Source: Octopus bimaculoides (Eukaryota). From it: DNA of 43,808 nt. The position numbers and the translations under genes were made by a program. How positions within the stretch are numbered: position 1 is the first letter of the stretch; every line of letters begins with the position of its first letter. The notes beneath the pieces were generated by a model. That model was not told where the DNA came from. It saw only the letters and a program-made list of their open reading frames with translations, and ran no database searches. This document shows, piece by piece, positions 12,576 to 26,000 of the stretch. Where the stretch lies: the NCBI RefSeq assembly GCF_001194135.2, contig NC_069003.1, positions 35,141,261 to 35,185,068 on the forward strand. Reading direction: 5' to 3'.

Positions 12576-13973
12576 CTGGAATGGAAAAAGGAAAGAAAAG
12601 GAAAAAAAAAAAAAATTAAAATCAAACACTGAGGCATACACACGAATTAGCAAATTGGCCAACAAATACACTACCTTATCTATAAAGGGGTCGATGAGTA
12701 AACAGCCCTCTTTGCTCACAAATGATCATGGAATTGCACATGAATTATCTGATTTTTTAATTTTTTTTATTTAATAAGAAAATCCCAAACAAGTGTACTT
12801 AGAGCAAAGGGATTATGAAGAAGAAGAAATTAAGGTGAATGACGACGATGATGATGATGACAATTATGAGGAGTAACAGACTGATTTACTTACCTCAACT
12901 TCATTTGCTCGATTTTCAGATGCAAAATTCTCAGTAGTGAACTGAAAGAGAGAAGAAAAAATTAAACACAGCCTGTTAATGAATCTTATAGTAGTGATTC
13001 ACTTTGTCTTTACAACTGTCTCTGAATCTATAGCAACATCATATTACTTCATTCATCTGGTCATTCCAATGATGTCTCACCCTCTACAAACTGTAATAAA
13101 CACCATGTCTGCACCCCTCAGCAGCTCCCTTCCTGATAGGCTTTTAGCCAAACTCTAATAAATTAGGGTACAGCTTAAATCTCAAACTCTTTGTTTACAC
13201 CAACAACTAAAGTCTTTGATCAGAGTAAAACAAGTGACAGGCTTACCTTAAGAAGTCTGGCAATCAGTGCTCCACCTTGGTATCTCTCATAGAAAAACTG
13301 CCAGTGATCCCTCACAAACTGCCATGCCATTTCCCTCCCCAACACAGACCCTGTTACACCAGCAATCACAAAAACTGTGTCTTGGCTGCGAACTTTATCC
13401 TGAACAGAAGAGAAAAAAAAAAAAGAAAACATTTATAAAAATCAGATAAATCACTTAGGTTTGAAGAACTAAATAAAAGATTTAACCCTTAAGCATACAG
13501 GTTTGCTTATTTTGTCACTGTTTTAAATTAATCATGCATCACTCTCATAACTCTGAGATGCGTGAGAGGCCAGATCTGGCCAGTTTAAACGCGAAAGAGT
13601 GAAACATTTTGAACATTGTCCATTCAATGTTTAGGTGGACCAACTCAAAAGATAAGACTCATGTCCAGTTTATAACATCTCAACAGCAGACCTGTCCAGA
13701 AAATATTCTGGCCACAAACAGGTTGCAATCAGGTCTTTTACAAATGGTCAAACATTCAACAAGCCAGAAATAAAACATTTGAAAATTACCAAAATACAGA
13801 GACAAAAGAAGAGAAAAAGCTTACTTACAGAAATGGCAAATTGCAGGACTCTAGTGATGAGCTTACTCTCAGTAACTGCACCAATTGTTCGGCTGATTCG
13901 AACCATTTCTTCCTGCATCTGGGCTTTCTCGTACAACTGAAGAGATTAATTAAATTACCATCTTTATATATAT

Positions 13974-14014
<41 letters not shown>

Positions 14015-14015
14015 C

Positions 14016-14048
<33 letters not shown>

Positions 14049-14065
14049 AAGAAAGAGAGAGAGAA

Positions 14066-14096
<31 letters not shown>

Positions 14097-17000
14097 AAGA
14101 GAAAGAGAGAGAGAGAGGAAGAGGGAGAGAGAGAGATATAAGATTTTTTTTTAATAAACTTTTGAGAATGAGAAAGTGAAATAGTTCTCTTTAGGAACTG
14201 GATCTTGAAGACCAGAAAGTTACAAATAAGCTGAGCTTTGAGATCTATTTCCTAGAAATGTGTGTGTATGTATGTAATTAAAGAAACGCATCTCTCTAGT
14301 GACTTCTACTTACCTCCAACATAGATGTTAATACTTCTTCATCTCCATGACAGATAACTGTCAGGTAAACCTATTAAAACAGTTAAAACAAATACATTAT
14401 TAAAGTAATTACTATTGATGGTTGTCAAATATTTGATTAACAAGAAGAACAACAACAGAGTGCATTACTTTTTCAATAGGATACACGACCAACCAACTAC
14501 AACATAAACATTATAATGAGACACCTGGCCTACAGGTGAGCATTCAGAATAAAGAAAAGCTTGTTCTGCAGGACTTACAGGAGATTTCAGATCAGCAGGA
14601 AGGGGCTTCTCCCCAGACACATGATGCTGGAACCTTTTACGGGATTCTTCCAAGACAGCTGCATCACCATAGCGACCCATACGGCAGAGCACCAAGTCCC
14701 TTAATAATGTTGTTAAGTGATCTGGAAGAAAGAACAAGGGTTTCTAAGTCTGAAGCAAAACCATCATCTGAAGGACAACAAGGGTTGAACTGCTGGAAGG
14801 AAGAAACAAAGTCTACAGAGGCAGGATTTGAACTGAAAACAAACTATCGGTTTCACATTTTGGTACTAGGCCAGCAATTGTGGAGGAGGGAGTAAGTCGA
14901 TTATATTGACCCCGAAAGGATGAGTTGATCTTGGTGGAATTTGAATTCAGAACCAAAGAATGGACAAAATGCGAATTCGAGAATCTTTTGAACCAGTGAA
15001 ACCTGTAATCAAAGAATAAAGGATATCCATAACTGAAAAATAATCCCCATCTTCGTTAGGTCAGGCACAATAGTTTATCAATAAGAATAAGAACAACAAA
15101 GATCTTTAATATTTTAGAATTATTACTAACTCTCTTCTTTTGTAGCTTCCCAGCCAACCTTTGCAGCTATCTTCCTGAACAAGTTACGAACAAACACTTT
15201 GTACTGGTCATAGTACTTGGTGTACTGAAGCAGGAGAGCAATATTGGTTAGGTTCTGTGCCAAGTCATTCCAAACTGTGTAGTTGTCCTCGTTTGTGTAT
15301 GACTGGACAAACTTCAGCACTTCAACGGTCGACACCATACCAGCGCGAGACTGAAAAACAGAACAAAAGGAACAATTCATTTTTCAACAGAAATACGGCT
15401 GATGTGTAAAATAGAAATGGGAGAACTGTGCGCAAAGGGAATTGTAATCAACTGAATCACAGCTGACATCCACAATAAACTAGAACAAAAAACCTCAAGT
15501 TCCTCCCAGTTTAGTGGTTAGGGTGGTGGGTCCACAACTATGAAGTAGTAGGTTCTCATCCTGGACAGGGCAGTGCATTGTGTTCTTAATGAGCACCAAC
15601 CCATCTCCCTACTTGTTTACTGCAGCTAACATTCCAAAGTTATCAATTCTCTATTAGATGAATTAATGGAGAATAAAGTGTTCTATCTACAAAAAATGAA
15701 CCGGTTGAGGTAAATCTGAAGAGATTGTGCCATGTTGTTCCCACTTCTACAGAATGACGAGTCGGATCTCTTCTGAAACAATTATGCTTATGTCTACAAG
15801 ACTGTTCAGTGAATATTTCCAAATTTATAACATTTTGATTCCATTTGTAGCATTAGTTTAATTCTATCTTGTCAGTAGAGAAGGCCCAATTAGGATTTAA
15901 GGAAACTTACCAAAGCAAACAGATCACTCTGTAATGCTAGTCTATTGGTAGGCAGAATGGTTTTGTTGACAATTCCTTTCAACAGAGATTGCAACATGTC
16001 GCTGCTGTATTGCACTCGATACACACCAACTGAGTTGCAGTTTAACTGAAATAAAAATATAGATTTATTGAAATAAATCTCAGAATGTTAGCAGAAATAA
16101 AATCTATCAAAAAACAGGAAACAACAGGATAAAGTGAGAAAGTGTTTGTTTAACCTTTCTCCTTATGAAAAATAACAAAGTTAATCAAAAGGTTAAATGA
16201 AATTTTTCCCTTCCTATATCTCTATTTTATTTTTATAGCAAGTTGCTTCACTTTGTACCAGGCTAGCTATAGAATATACTTGTCTGCACATCGTGCCCTT
16301 CTGTCATCTGCCAAAACTAGGCATGTTTCTATCCCGTTTGCCTGATTACGTGGACAATATTTGAATGCAGTTTACATGATTATCATTACAGACATTGATA
16401 ACAAAGAAATGATGCTGCCATGTAAATTTGTGTGTAGACCTATCATATTTCACTTGGTTTTCTTAAAAACAAAACCATAAGATCATCTGTCATTACACTG
16501 AATAGTTCTGTAATAAATAGTCAAGCAGACAAACAATATAAAATCAAGGCACCTAGTATTTCGGTGGTTAGGTATGCTAGATCACAAGATATTATAGCAA
16601 CAATAGATAACCAAGAATATTTCATTCAACATTCATAGGGGTTGATTTATGAATAATCTACAACCAGCCCAGTATATACTGAAATAACAAGTTTTAAGAA
16701 ATGTTTGCTAGCTTCAGTAGTTTCTAGATCACAGCCTTAGCTTATTAAACAATGTATATTTGTTATGAACTCACCAACACCCATTCATCAGGTTTGACAT
16801 TGTCAAGAACCACTTCCATCTTTCCACCTTCCATCAGAACTTTCTTCACTGGTTTCTGAATACTTGAAGAGGTTGTAATATCAATAGGAATCATCCATCT
16901 TGAAGTTTTATCTGAAAAGGACAGAACAGTGCAGTCATGTAATTGAACTAATTAGTTCTCTCAACAAGAGATATCATCATCATCATCATCTTAATACCTA

Positions 17001-20000
17001 CATTTCCATGTTTGCATGGCTCAGATGGAATTTGCTGAGGCAGTTTTTCTACAGCCCTTTCAGTTGACAAACCCCTCACCTGTTTTCCAAGTAAGGAAAT
17101 ACTTCCCCAGAGCCTGGAAGGTCTTTCACAGAAATCTGCAAACAACACTTGTATGACAATGAACAGATGATGTCAAGGTGGTAGGCTTCTTTCAGTTTCC
17201 GTCTACCAAATCCACTTACAAGGGTTTGGTTGGACTGGGGCTATAGTAAAAGACACTTGCCCAAAGTGCTGTGCAGTAGGAATGAACCGAAGACCATATG
17301 GTTGGGAAGCAAGTTTCTCAACCATGCAATGATGCCAGCACTCATTGATCAGTTGAAACAAATCACCAAAATAGATTTGTACTGATCTCATATAAGGAGA
17401 CAAATTCTCAGAGGAAAGAAATGGTGGTGGCTTGAATTGAGCCCAGTATATTACTGGTGTTTACTTTAATGACCAACAAGAGGTGAAAAGTAAAATGAAA
17501 GGGCACTGCCACAACATGGCCACAATCTAATGATTGGATCCATTAAAAGAGGGCATATAGAGGGGTGATATGTCACCCCTCTCATATCTCTTCCACCCCC
17601 CTCCCCCGAACGACAGAGAGAAATAGTTTAGTTCAGGTTTTACCTTCCACTTTACCATCAGCACAGAATTTCATTTGGGTCAGATGTAGAACACGACGAT
17701 TGTCTTCCTTTGTTTCACTGACCTGGAAAAGTGAGAAACATTGAGTTAGAAACATAAAAAAAAGAAAGAAAAAAGAAAAAAAAGATTATCACTTGTCTCA
17801 TCAGTAACCAAGCAACCCCGGAAGCTACTACTTGTGTGTGTGGCAGAGAGTCCCAACAAAGATTAAAAAAATACTTATAGGAATACTAGCAAGGAATTCT
17901 GCCATAACCCTGCCCTGGAAATCATCTCCATAATGTTCAAAATTAATTAAAACAAAACATAGCATATACGAACAGAAATATGGGTGTAGAGTTAAAAAAG
18001 AATTAGAACCTTTGCTTTGTGATAATACTATAAATTATTACTAGCATTAATAATAATAGTTTCAAATTTTGCCACAAGGGCAGCCATTTTAGGAGAGGAG
18101 ATGAGTTGATTACATTGACTCCCCCAGTACTCAGCTGGTTCTTAGTTTATTGACCCTAAGAGGATGAAAAGCAAAGTCGACCTTGGCAGAATTTGAACTC
18201 AAGACCATAGTGATGGCCAAACCACCACTAAGCATTTCATCCAGCAAGCTAATAACTCTGCCAGCTCGCTGCCTTAATAGTAATCGTAACAATAATAAAG
18301 GGAACACCGAGTGTGAAAGGTGCACTAAAATGCACCCAGTCTTATGTTTTAAAGGAGGGTGATCCCCTTCCTCCCTCTTGCTTATACTCACCAACAAATG
18401 GTAAGGTTGAGCATCAACCCCATTAATTTTAACATCTTGAGCGGGCCCACATATAGTGAAGTTAGATGCCCAACCTCTTGTGCTGTGAAAGTTATTTTTC
18501 TCAAGTCTGACAATCGCTACTTCTTCCTCTCTATCAGTTGCATGTACACCACCTACCAACACCAAGTTACGCAGTTTCTTTAACTATGCAGTAATCATTT
18601 ACCAAAACACATCCTTTGAATATATCCATCTCTCTCAGATACACCAATCACACACACAAAAGTTCCAAACAGAGGTCTGTAGTATTGTACTAACTGCAAG
18701 CAGTAGCTCAATATGGTGTTATGTAAAAAGTACAGCAGTCCTTACTTTGACAACGGGATAACCCATCTGAGATGTCCAAGTGCTCATAACTCTCTTGATT
18801 GGTTTGCCACTAGCACCTTCCAATGCATCCCAGAGATCTTCAGTTGCAGCGTTCTTGTACATGAATTTCGTTAGATAAGAATTCATGCCTTTTTTGAAAT
18901 CCTGAAATGAATAAATAAATATGTATGTGTATATAATCCCAAGGGTACATGACAAATCAAAGAGTTCCCCTTGTGACTCCACTCAGCACAATCTAATACA
19001 CATGAGACTGTTTTGAGGTTTCGTCTGACATGTCATGTCAGACCTGCAAGCTGGTGAAGGTGACATTTAAAAACACAATGGTGGAATTTGAATTTAGAAA
19101 TCAGAGAGCCAGGCCTTATGGTGGTAAGAAACTCTTTAAATCTTTTGAGAGTTTCTCATCACCAAAGGTGGAATTTGAACTCAGAAGTTTAAGAGCCAGA
19201 ACAGATACAAGACATTCTATCCAATGCTCTTCATTCACAGACCCCCAAAATAATGAAAGAAAAAAAAAATCCAAAAGGTGACCAATGGGATTTGAACCCA
19301 TATAGAAAAGCTGAAATAAATATCACAAAGTATCTGACACTCTAATGACTTAACCAATATGCCATTAAGGTAGTTTTATAGGAGACACACTTTGTTGATT
19401 AAATAAAGACTTTGGTTAGACTGAAGCTAAATACTGCAAAACTAATTTTGTCTTTGACAAGAAGAAAAAGAACTTACAGTATCTTCGATGTAGTTGTGTA
19501 ACATTCTGATGACTGATGCTCCTTTACAATAGGAAATAGCATCAAAGATTTCATCTACTTCTGATGGGTGACCAACTGGAACCTGGGAAGACAAATACAG
19601 GTGAAAAGATTTTTAACAGAGATAGGCACAAACTCTGGTGGAATTTGAGCTCAGTCTACAGAGAACTAAATACAGTTAGACATTTAATTTAGTACCTCAC
19701 AACTCCACTACTTTTACTAAATCTACGTTTCTAAAATATAAGATCTCTTATTAACAAATTGTACAAGACTAGACTGGGAAATCTGGCAGGAGTTATCAAC
19801 ACTATATCTACCCACCAGACTGTATCATCGTTTTTATAACCATTTTCCCTATGCCTGAATGAGGCATTCTGTTGCTGTACCCTACGACTGGATGCCATAG
19901 GATGTGATGTAAATGTGGCAAAGGAAAAGAGACAATGTTATTAAATTGTGAGAGGAAGTAAAGCCAAAAATGGTGGGGAAGGGGTTACAGTACATTAACT

Positions 20001-23000
20001 AGAGATAGGTAACAAAGAGAAAAACATGTTTAACAACTATGTTAAATAAAAAAAGATCCTCTCATCTCTGCATGTATACACACACACACACAAACATGCT
20101 TGCACATGCATGCACTCAGATCCAGAATGCATTAACAGAAAATAATATTGTCCAGTGAAAATACCTCAATGGGATGACTTGTGTGTAAGGCATCAAGCTT
20201 GAGGGCAGCTGCAAGATCAGAAGTGACAAACTGGGTCCAGATTTCAAAATCTGGAAACAGTTTATCGACACAGAGGTATTCAATCCAGGAAGCAAAACCT
20301 TCGTTCAACCACAAGTGAGTCCACCATTCCTGTAAATAAAACAAAAGAAATTGTCAATAATCCTTTTTACAATAGGCACAAGGCCTGAAAAAATTTGAGA
20401 GGAAGGGATCAGTTGATGACATCAACCCCAGTACTTAGCTGGTACATATGGTAATTCAGAACATAAAGATGTAGGAAATGCCGCTAAGCATTTTACTCAG
20501 CATCTAATGATTCTGCCAGCTTGCGTCGTTTGAAATTGTAAAAAATAATTGGAAACAAAAAGAAAAAACTACCAGAAAGCAGCAGACAATCTGACTTTTA
20601 CAGCTGAATTTATATGCTTAGGAAAAAAAGTACATTTTATCTTAATTTGGAGTATGATGGATAGCCAAGGGCTTGTTTCAGCCTAGATTATACTTTATCA
20701 GCACAGCAGAATACTTCTCTCTATAATGATATAGTCAATTAAATAGACTGAAAGACTTTACTACATGTATGTTGGCCTATATACATGTATGAATGAGCAT
20801 TAGTGTGTGTATGCATGCATGTATGTTCCCACACATACATGAATATGTATTAATTAATTACCATATACAAAATAATCTAAAGAGAACATGCTGACTCTAG
20901 TAAATAGAAAAAGTGAAATGCAGGAATGAAGTAACTTACCATGGTGACAAGGTTTCCAAACCACATGTGTGCAAGCTCATGACCGATTACAAGTGCAACA
21001 AGCTGTCGGGATTTAGCACTAGAGTCTTCGGCATCAATGAGCAAAGTATTTTCTCTGTATGTCACCAAGCCCCAGTTTTCCATGGCACCTGCAAGAACAC
21101 AAGGTTTTAAATACAATCACATATCATGCCATTAATAAAAAAATTTTTTAAATCATACTGAAGACAATATCCAAAACATAAGACATCTCAAAAGCACACA
21201 AAGGGAATTCTGAGAGACTTCGAACTGAGAAAGTAAATATTATACACTTGGACTCTGTTTGTGCCATTTGAGAATCCTAATATTAATAATAGTTTCAAAT
21301 TTTGGGACAAGAGGGAAGGGTAAGTCAAAGTGGACCTTGGCAGAATATGAATTCGGAATAGTAATAATAATCTTTTCTATTCTAGTCACAAGGCCTAAAA
21401 TTTGGTGAGAGTGGGGCCAGTCGATTAGAGCGACCCCGAAAGGATGAAAGGCAAAGTCGATCTCGGTGGAATTTGAACCCAGAACATGAAGACAGATAAA
21501 ATATCGCTAAGCATGCTAACGATCCTGCCAGCTCGCAGCCTTAATAATAATAATATTAATTATTATTGTGGCACAAGGCCAATAATTTCAGGGAACAGGA
21601 TGAAGTCGATTACATCAACCCCAGCACTCAGCTGGTACTTATTTTATTGACCCCAAAAAGATGAAAGGTAAAGCTGACCTCGGTGGAATTTGAACTCAGA
21701 ACATAAAGACGGATGAAATGCCGCTAAGCATTTTTTTCCTGGTGTGCTAACGATTCTGCCAGTTCGCCGCCTTAAATAATAATTGTTTCTAATTTAAAAA
21801 AAAAGGAGTGTAACCATAGAATGAAGGGTGGTCTTGGACAGGTCTTAAAAAAGGGTCAAGTTAAATGTATTAAAATAAAGGGGAAAACATTAACTGACCA
21901 CTCAGAAAATCAGGAATTGCAATAAGGTCAATTTTTGGCAGTGGATAAGCAATATTGAAGTAGCTCTTGTAAAATGGCAGTGTTTTCACAGTTACCTGCA
22001 AAGAAAGGAGTGAAAAGACATTAGTTAGAAAGCTTTTAGATTTGGAGTTTTACAAACATGAAAAGTTGGTGGAAATAAAACTGGGTTTTTAAAAACAAAG
22101 TCTGATTTTTGTGGACGGATAGTGAAAGCAAGCAATTTTACAGCTGGATACCCACCCACCCCCGGAACCATTTGAGTAGGATGGCTGCAAATGATGTTGG
22201 TGTTTAACCCTTTCATTACCAACCTGGCTGAAACCGGCTCTGAGTACAAATGTCTTGTTTTGAATTAAAATCTTCCACCGAACCTGAGTCACAATTTATG
22301 TTCCTAAAACTAGCTGAATGATAACCAAGTTATTTGACTAAATTCTTTGTTATATTTAAAGTAATTGAAAGAAACCCAGAGCATCTCAACAGAAATATGC
22401 TAACAAAAGGGTTAAAAGACCCATGAAAAGCCCGTAACTTACGTCAAGAGCAAACTGTCCTTGATCCTTCTTCTCCAATGGTGTATAAACGCGAACGAGG
22501 ACGTCATCTGAATCTCTACCTTCCAGGTAGTCAAATTCACCAATTATAAATGCCAACAAATATGTTGACATTTTAGGACTCCTTTCAAACTTCATCACCT
22601 TCAGCTTGGGGTCAGTTGAGTGAGTTTTCTCTTCAGTAACTGGCTGAAAAACGTAAATGGCAAAGGAGAAAATCATGATCAGAATTGGCAAAGATAATGT
22701 TGTTTGAAGCAAAGGTTGTTTGTTACAGAATAAAACAAAATATTTTATATACTTTGAAAGCCTAGACATACACACCTAATTAGGTGCACATTAATATCAT
22801 TACTATTATTATCATTTAATGTCTATTTCTCATACTGGCATGAGTTGGGTCAGTCAAGTGTAATGCTTATTTATTTACATTCTTTCAAATTAATCATGCA
22901 TTATCTCATAGTTTTGAGATTTCAATGATGTGATTGTTTCTCTTTCGGATAACATTGTAGGATAGGTATGACAGGCTGGATCTAGTCAGTTGAATGTAGA

Positions 23001-26000
23001 AATTTTTGAGTCAGGCATGACCAGTTTAAATGCTAAAGGGTTAATTTTTTGGTGTGTTTATATACACACACACACACTTGTGCATATTAAAGAGATACTG
23101 AATGAAAAAGAAAAAGACTGTATTTTAAAATGTTTTACTGCCCCTGTTTCTTCTTTCTACAACTACCACTCAGAGTCTAGATTATTCTGTGTTGATGAAG
23201 ATTTAAGAATTGGCAAAGACAAATCAGCAAAATTGTGTACTAATATAGACCACACACACACACACAAATGAACCAGTACACCTTAATGTAGGAGACACAG
23301 CTGACTACTATATAAATGACAAGCTGTTTCTTAGCACAGTTGGGTTCCATTTGAATGGGTTAGTTGACTTACTATAATAATAATAATAATAATTATATTT
23401 AAAAAAAAAATAACTTAGTAATTTTTGGTTTTAAAAAGCACAAAAATGAAGTAGAAAAAGAAAGTCTTACCATATTTGATAAGCCTGTTAAATGATTAGG
23501 AAAAACTAAAGTGATGTCAAAAGTAGCCTTGAATGAGGGTTCATCCCAGCAAGGGAATGCACGACGGGCATCTGTCGACTGGTGGAATATGCAATAACAA
23601 AGAGAAGAAGGACATTTAGTAGCATTCACAACAACAAATGCAAACAGTAAATTTATCACAAATGATCTCTACTTGTTTGGTTGCCAGCATCATACAATGT
23701 TGCACAGGTTAAAGTAGGGTTTAGAAACAAAGATAAAGTCAAGGTAAGGCGATATGTATTGTTTTGGTTGGAGCTCTTCGCCACAGAACAAACAAATGTT
23801 TAAATCCATTTGATATTTCCTGTTACCTTGCAGAGTGGTTATGGCCGAATAACCAGACAGGCTGATGATCAATCAACTGAGAAGTCAGCAATCACATCCC
23901 CATCACCAGGACTGTGTCATGTTCTTAACCAAGACACTTATGGTATTGTCCACTACCGTCACCACTAAGCATTTCGTTCATATCCATGTTCTGAATTCAA
24001 ATTCTGTCATGTGCCTATTATTACACAGCACCATCACCTGGTGTTAAAACATGCAGTGCAAGTAGGCCCACTGAGCCAACATATTGACCTAAAGAAGACT
24101 AACAATGGTGAGGGACATCTCAAATGATTACCTACCTCAAACTGAGTGACTGCCAAATGAACAACTCTGCCACTGGAAACTGTGTACTGGCTGTGGTAAA
24201 AACCTCGCATTCGATCATTGAGATCCCCTGCAAACTCAATGTGCAGCACACCGAAACCAATCTGCAAATTTAAAAAAAAAATTTTCAAGTGGACTAAATC
24301 ATTTATCAAAAGGTATCGATCCTAGAACCAGGGTCGATCTCAAATGGGGTCGTATTAAAAGCATTAAACCATGTAAGGAAGGAAGGAGTATAATTGTTTA
24401 AGTAATGTCCCATTCTGGCTTGAATTATGCCAAACATCACCAAATACATAAATGAAATTAATCCAAAGTTAAAATACATACCTTGAAAGTACCAGAAGAA
24501 GAGAATATGACGTTTTCATTTTCCTTAACGTAGGAAATAGTCAGGTCAACTGGTTCTCCACCTGTAATAAATAAAATTTCCAACAGTGAACAGGTGTGAT
24601 AATATTTAATATCTAAGCAGTGTTCTGATATTGGGTACTGCCTATTGTCTATAGATCAGAGGGATCCCACCTCCAGAGAGGAGCAGAAGGGAGTGTCTCA
24701 GCAAACTATGGTATCAACCAAGATTTAAATGCTTCAACAGAAGTTATCTGCCTATCTCAAAAAGCATTAGCTATATACACTACGAATGCTTTGGGGAAAG
24801 GCATGAATGTGACTTTTTCATATTTTCTAACAAATTTCAGGTTTCTAGCATTTAAAAATCTTGTAAGGAGAGAAAAAAAAGTTATATATTTTCAAGGAGC
24901 CATTAGATTTAAAGTTAAATAACTTGCCTGGTTCACAATATACACCAAAGTCAGCTAGAAATAACAAAATTTCTCTTAAAAACCCATCATCTTAAAAAAA
25001 AAATTTAAAAAAAAGGACACACTAGATATGGTAGTTTTTGATAAGAGATGGTCAAAGAAAGACCGATCCGGGATTAAACATTACAAACCAGAACTCACCT
25101 TCATAACGGAAAGAAGCTTTAGAAACAGTGAGTTCAGCAGCATTTAACTTGAATGATTCAACAGGTTCTTTGATCTGCAACAGAAACAAGAGGAGTGGTC
25201 AGTGGGTTAAAACAAACCAAGCTTATGGAGTGATGGTCAGCCAAAATCGACTGAGTCCAACTAAATTGCGATGTATTAACATCTCCACTTTCACGAAAAA
25301 CTGAAAAATAAATTAAATTTAAGGGTTTCTCTGAAGAAGGATCTTGTAGAAGCAAATCTTGGTTCCAAGGCAATATGCAAGTAAATTTGGAGAGACCCAA
25401 AGTATCATGACTGGATTAATAAACACAAAAAAAAAAAAAAGTGTTTTATGATCAAGACCAAAGTCCCTTGAGATATTTGTTCTGCACTAAATTGGATACT
25501 CCCATGTTATTTCTGGCAGTCAGAAATGTGGAGAAGCAGTGACTGACCAGATGAAGTCCTTTAACCTGACATTGTTATTAATAAGAAAATTGCAATATAA
25601 AAAAATTAATGTTCATTGGTGAACGTACTTTGAAACATTTTGAAATAAAACCTTTAACCTACAGCCCAGCCAGTATTTCAAATTCTCATTCTTTATAAAT
25701 ACACAAGTATTGTTTGTTGATGTGTAGCCATAGGTCAAGTGTCAAGGAACAGCCACACCTACGTAGCTGAGATATCTTGCACTCCACCAAGCTAACGATC
25801 CTCCCACAGGTTCTAACATGCAGTTTGATGTATGCGGGTGGGTGGCGGCAGCAGCGTTTGTGCGTAACAAATCAGGACATGTTGCAATCTGCATTGTTAA
25901 GCCTTGAAGCCTTGTGGTCGCCAGAGATAAAAGGCAATCATGCGGAAACCTGTGGTTGCTTGACTGGTTACAAACAGCAGTCATAATTTTTTCTTGTTCA

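Noticed and set aside
15716-15780. CTGAAGAGAT...ATCTCTTCTGAAAC hammerhead-like arrangement
   Set aside because: Extra bases separate stem II from GAAA and there is no stem I/III; just an 8-bp inverted repeat.
21289-21773. Regularly spaced repeats (CRISPR-like?)
   Set aside because: Units are about 200-nt SINE copies in a eukaryotic intron; no short direct repeats with unique spacers and no cas genes.
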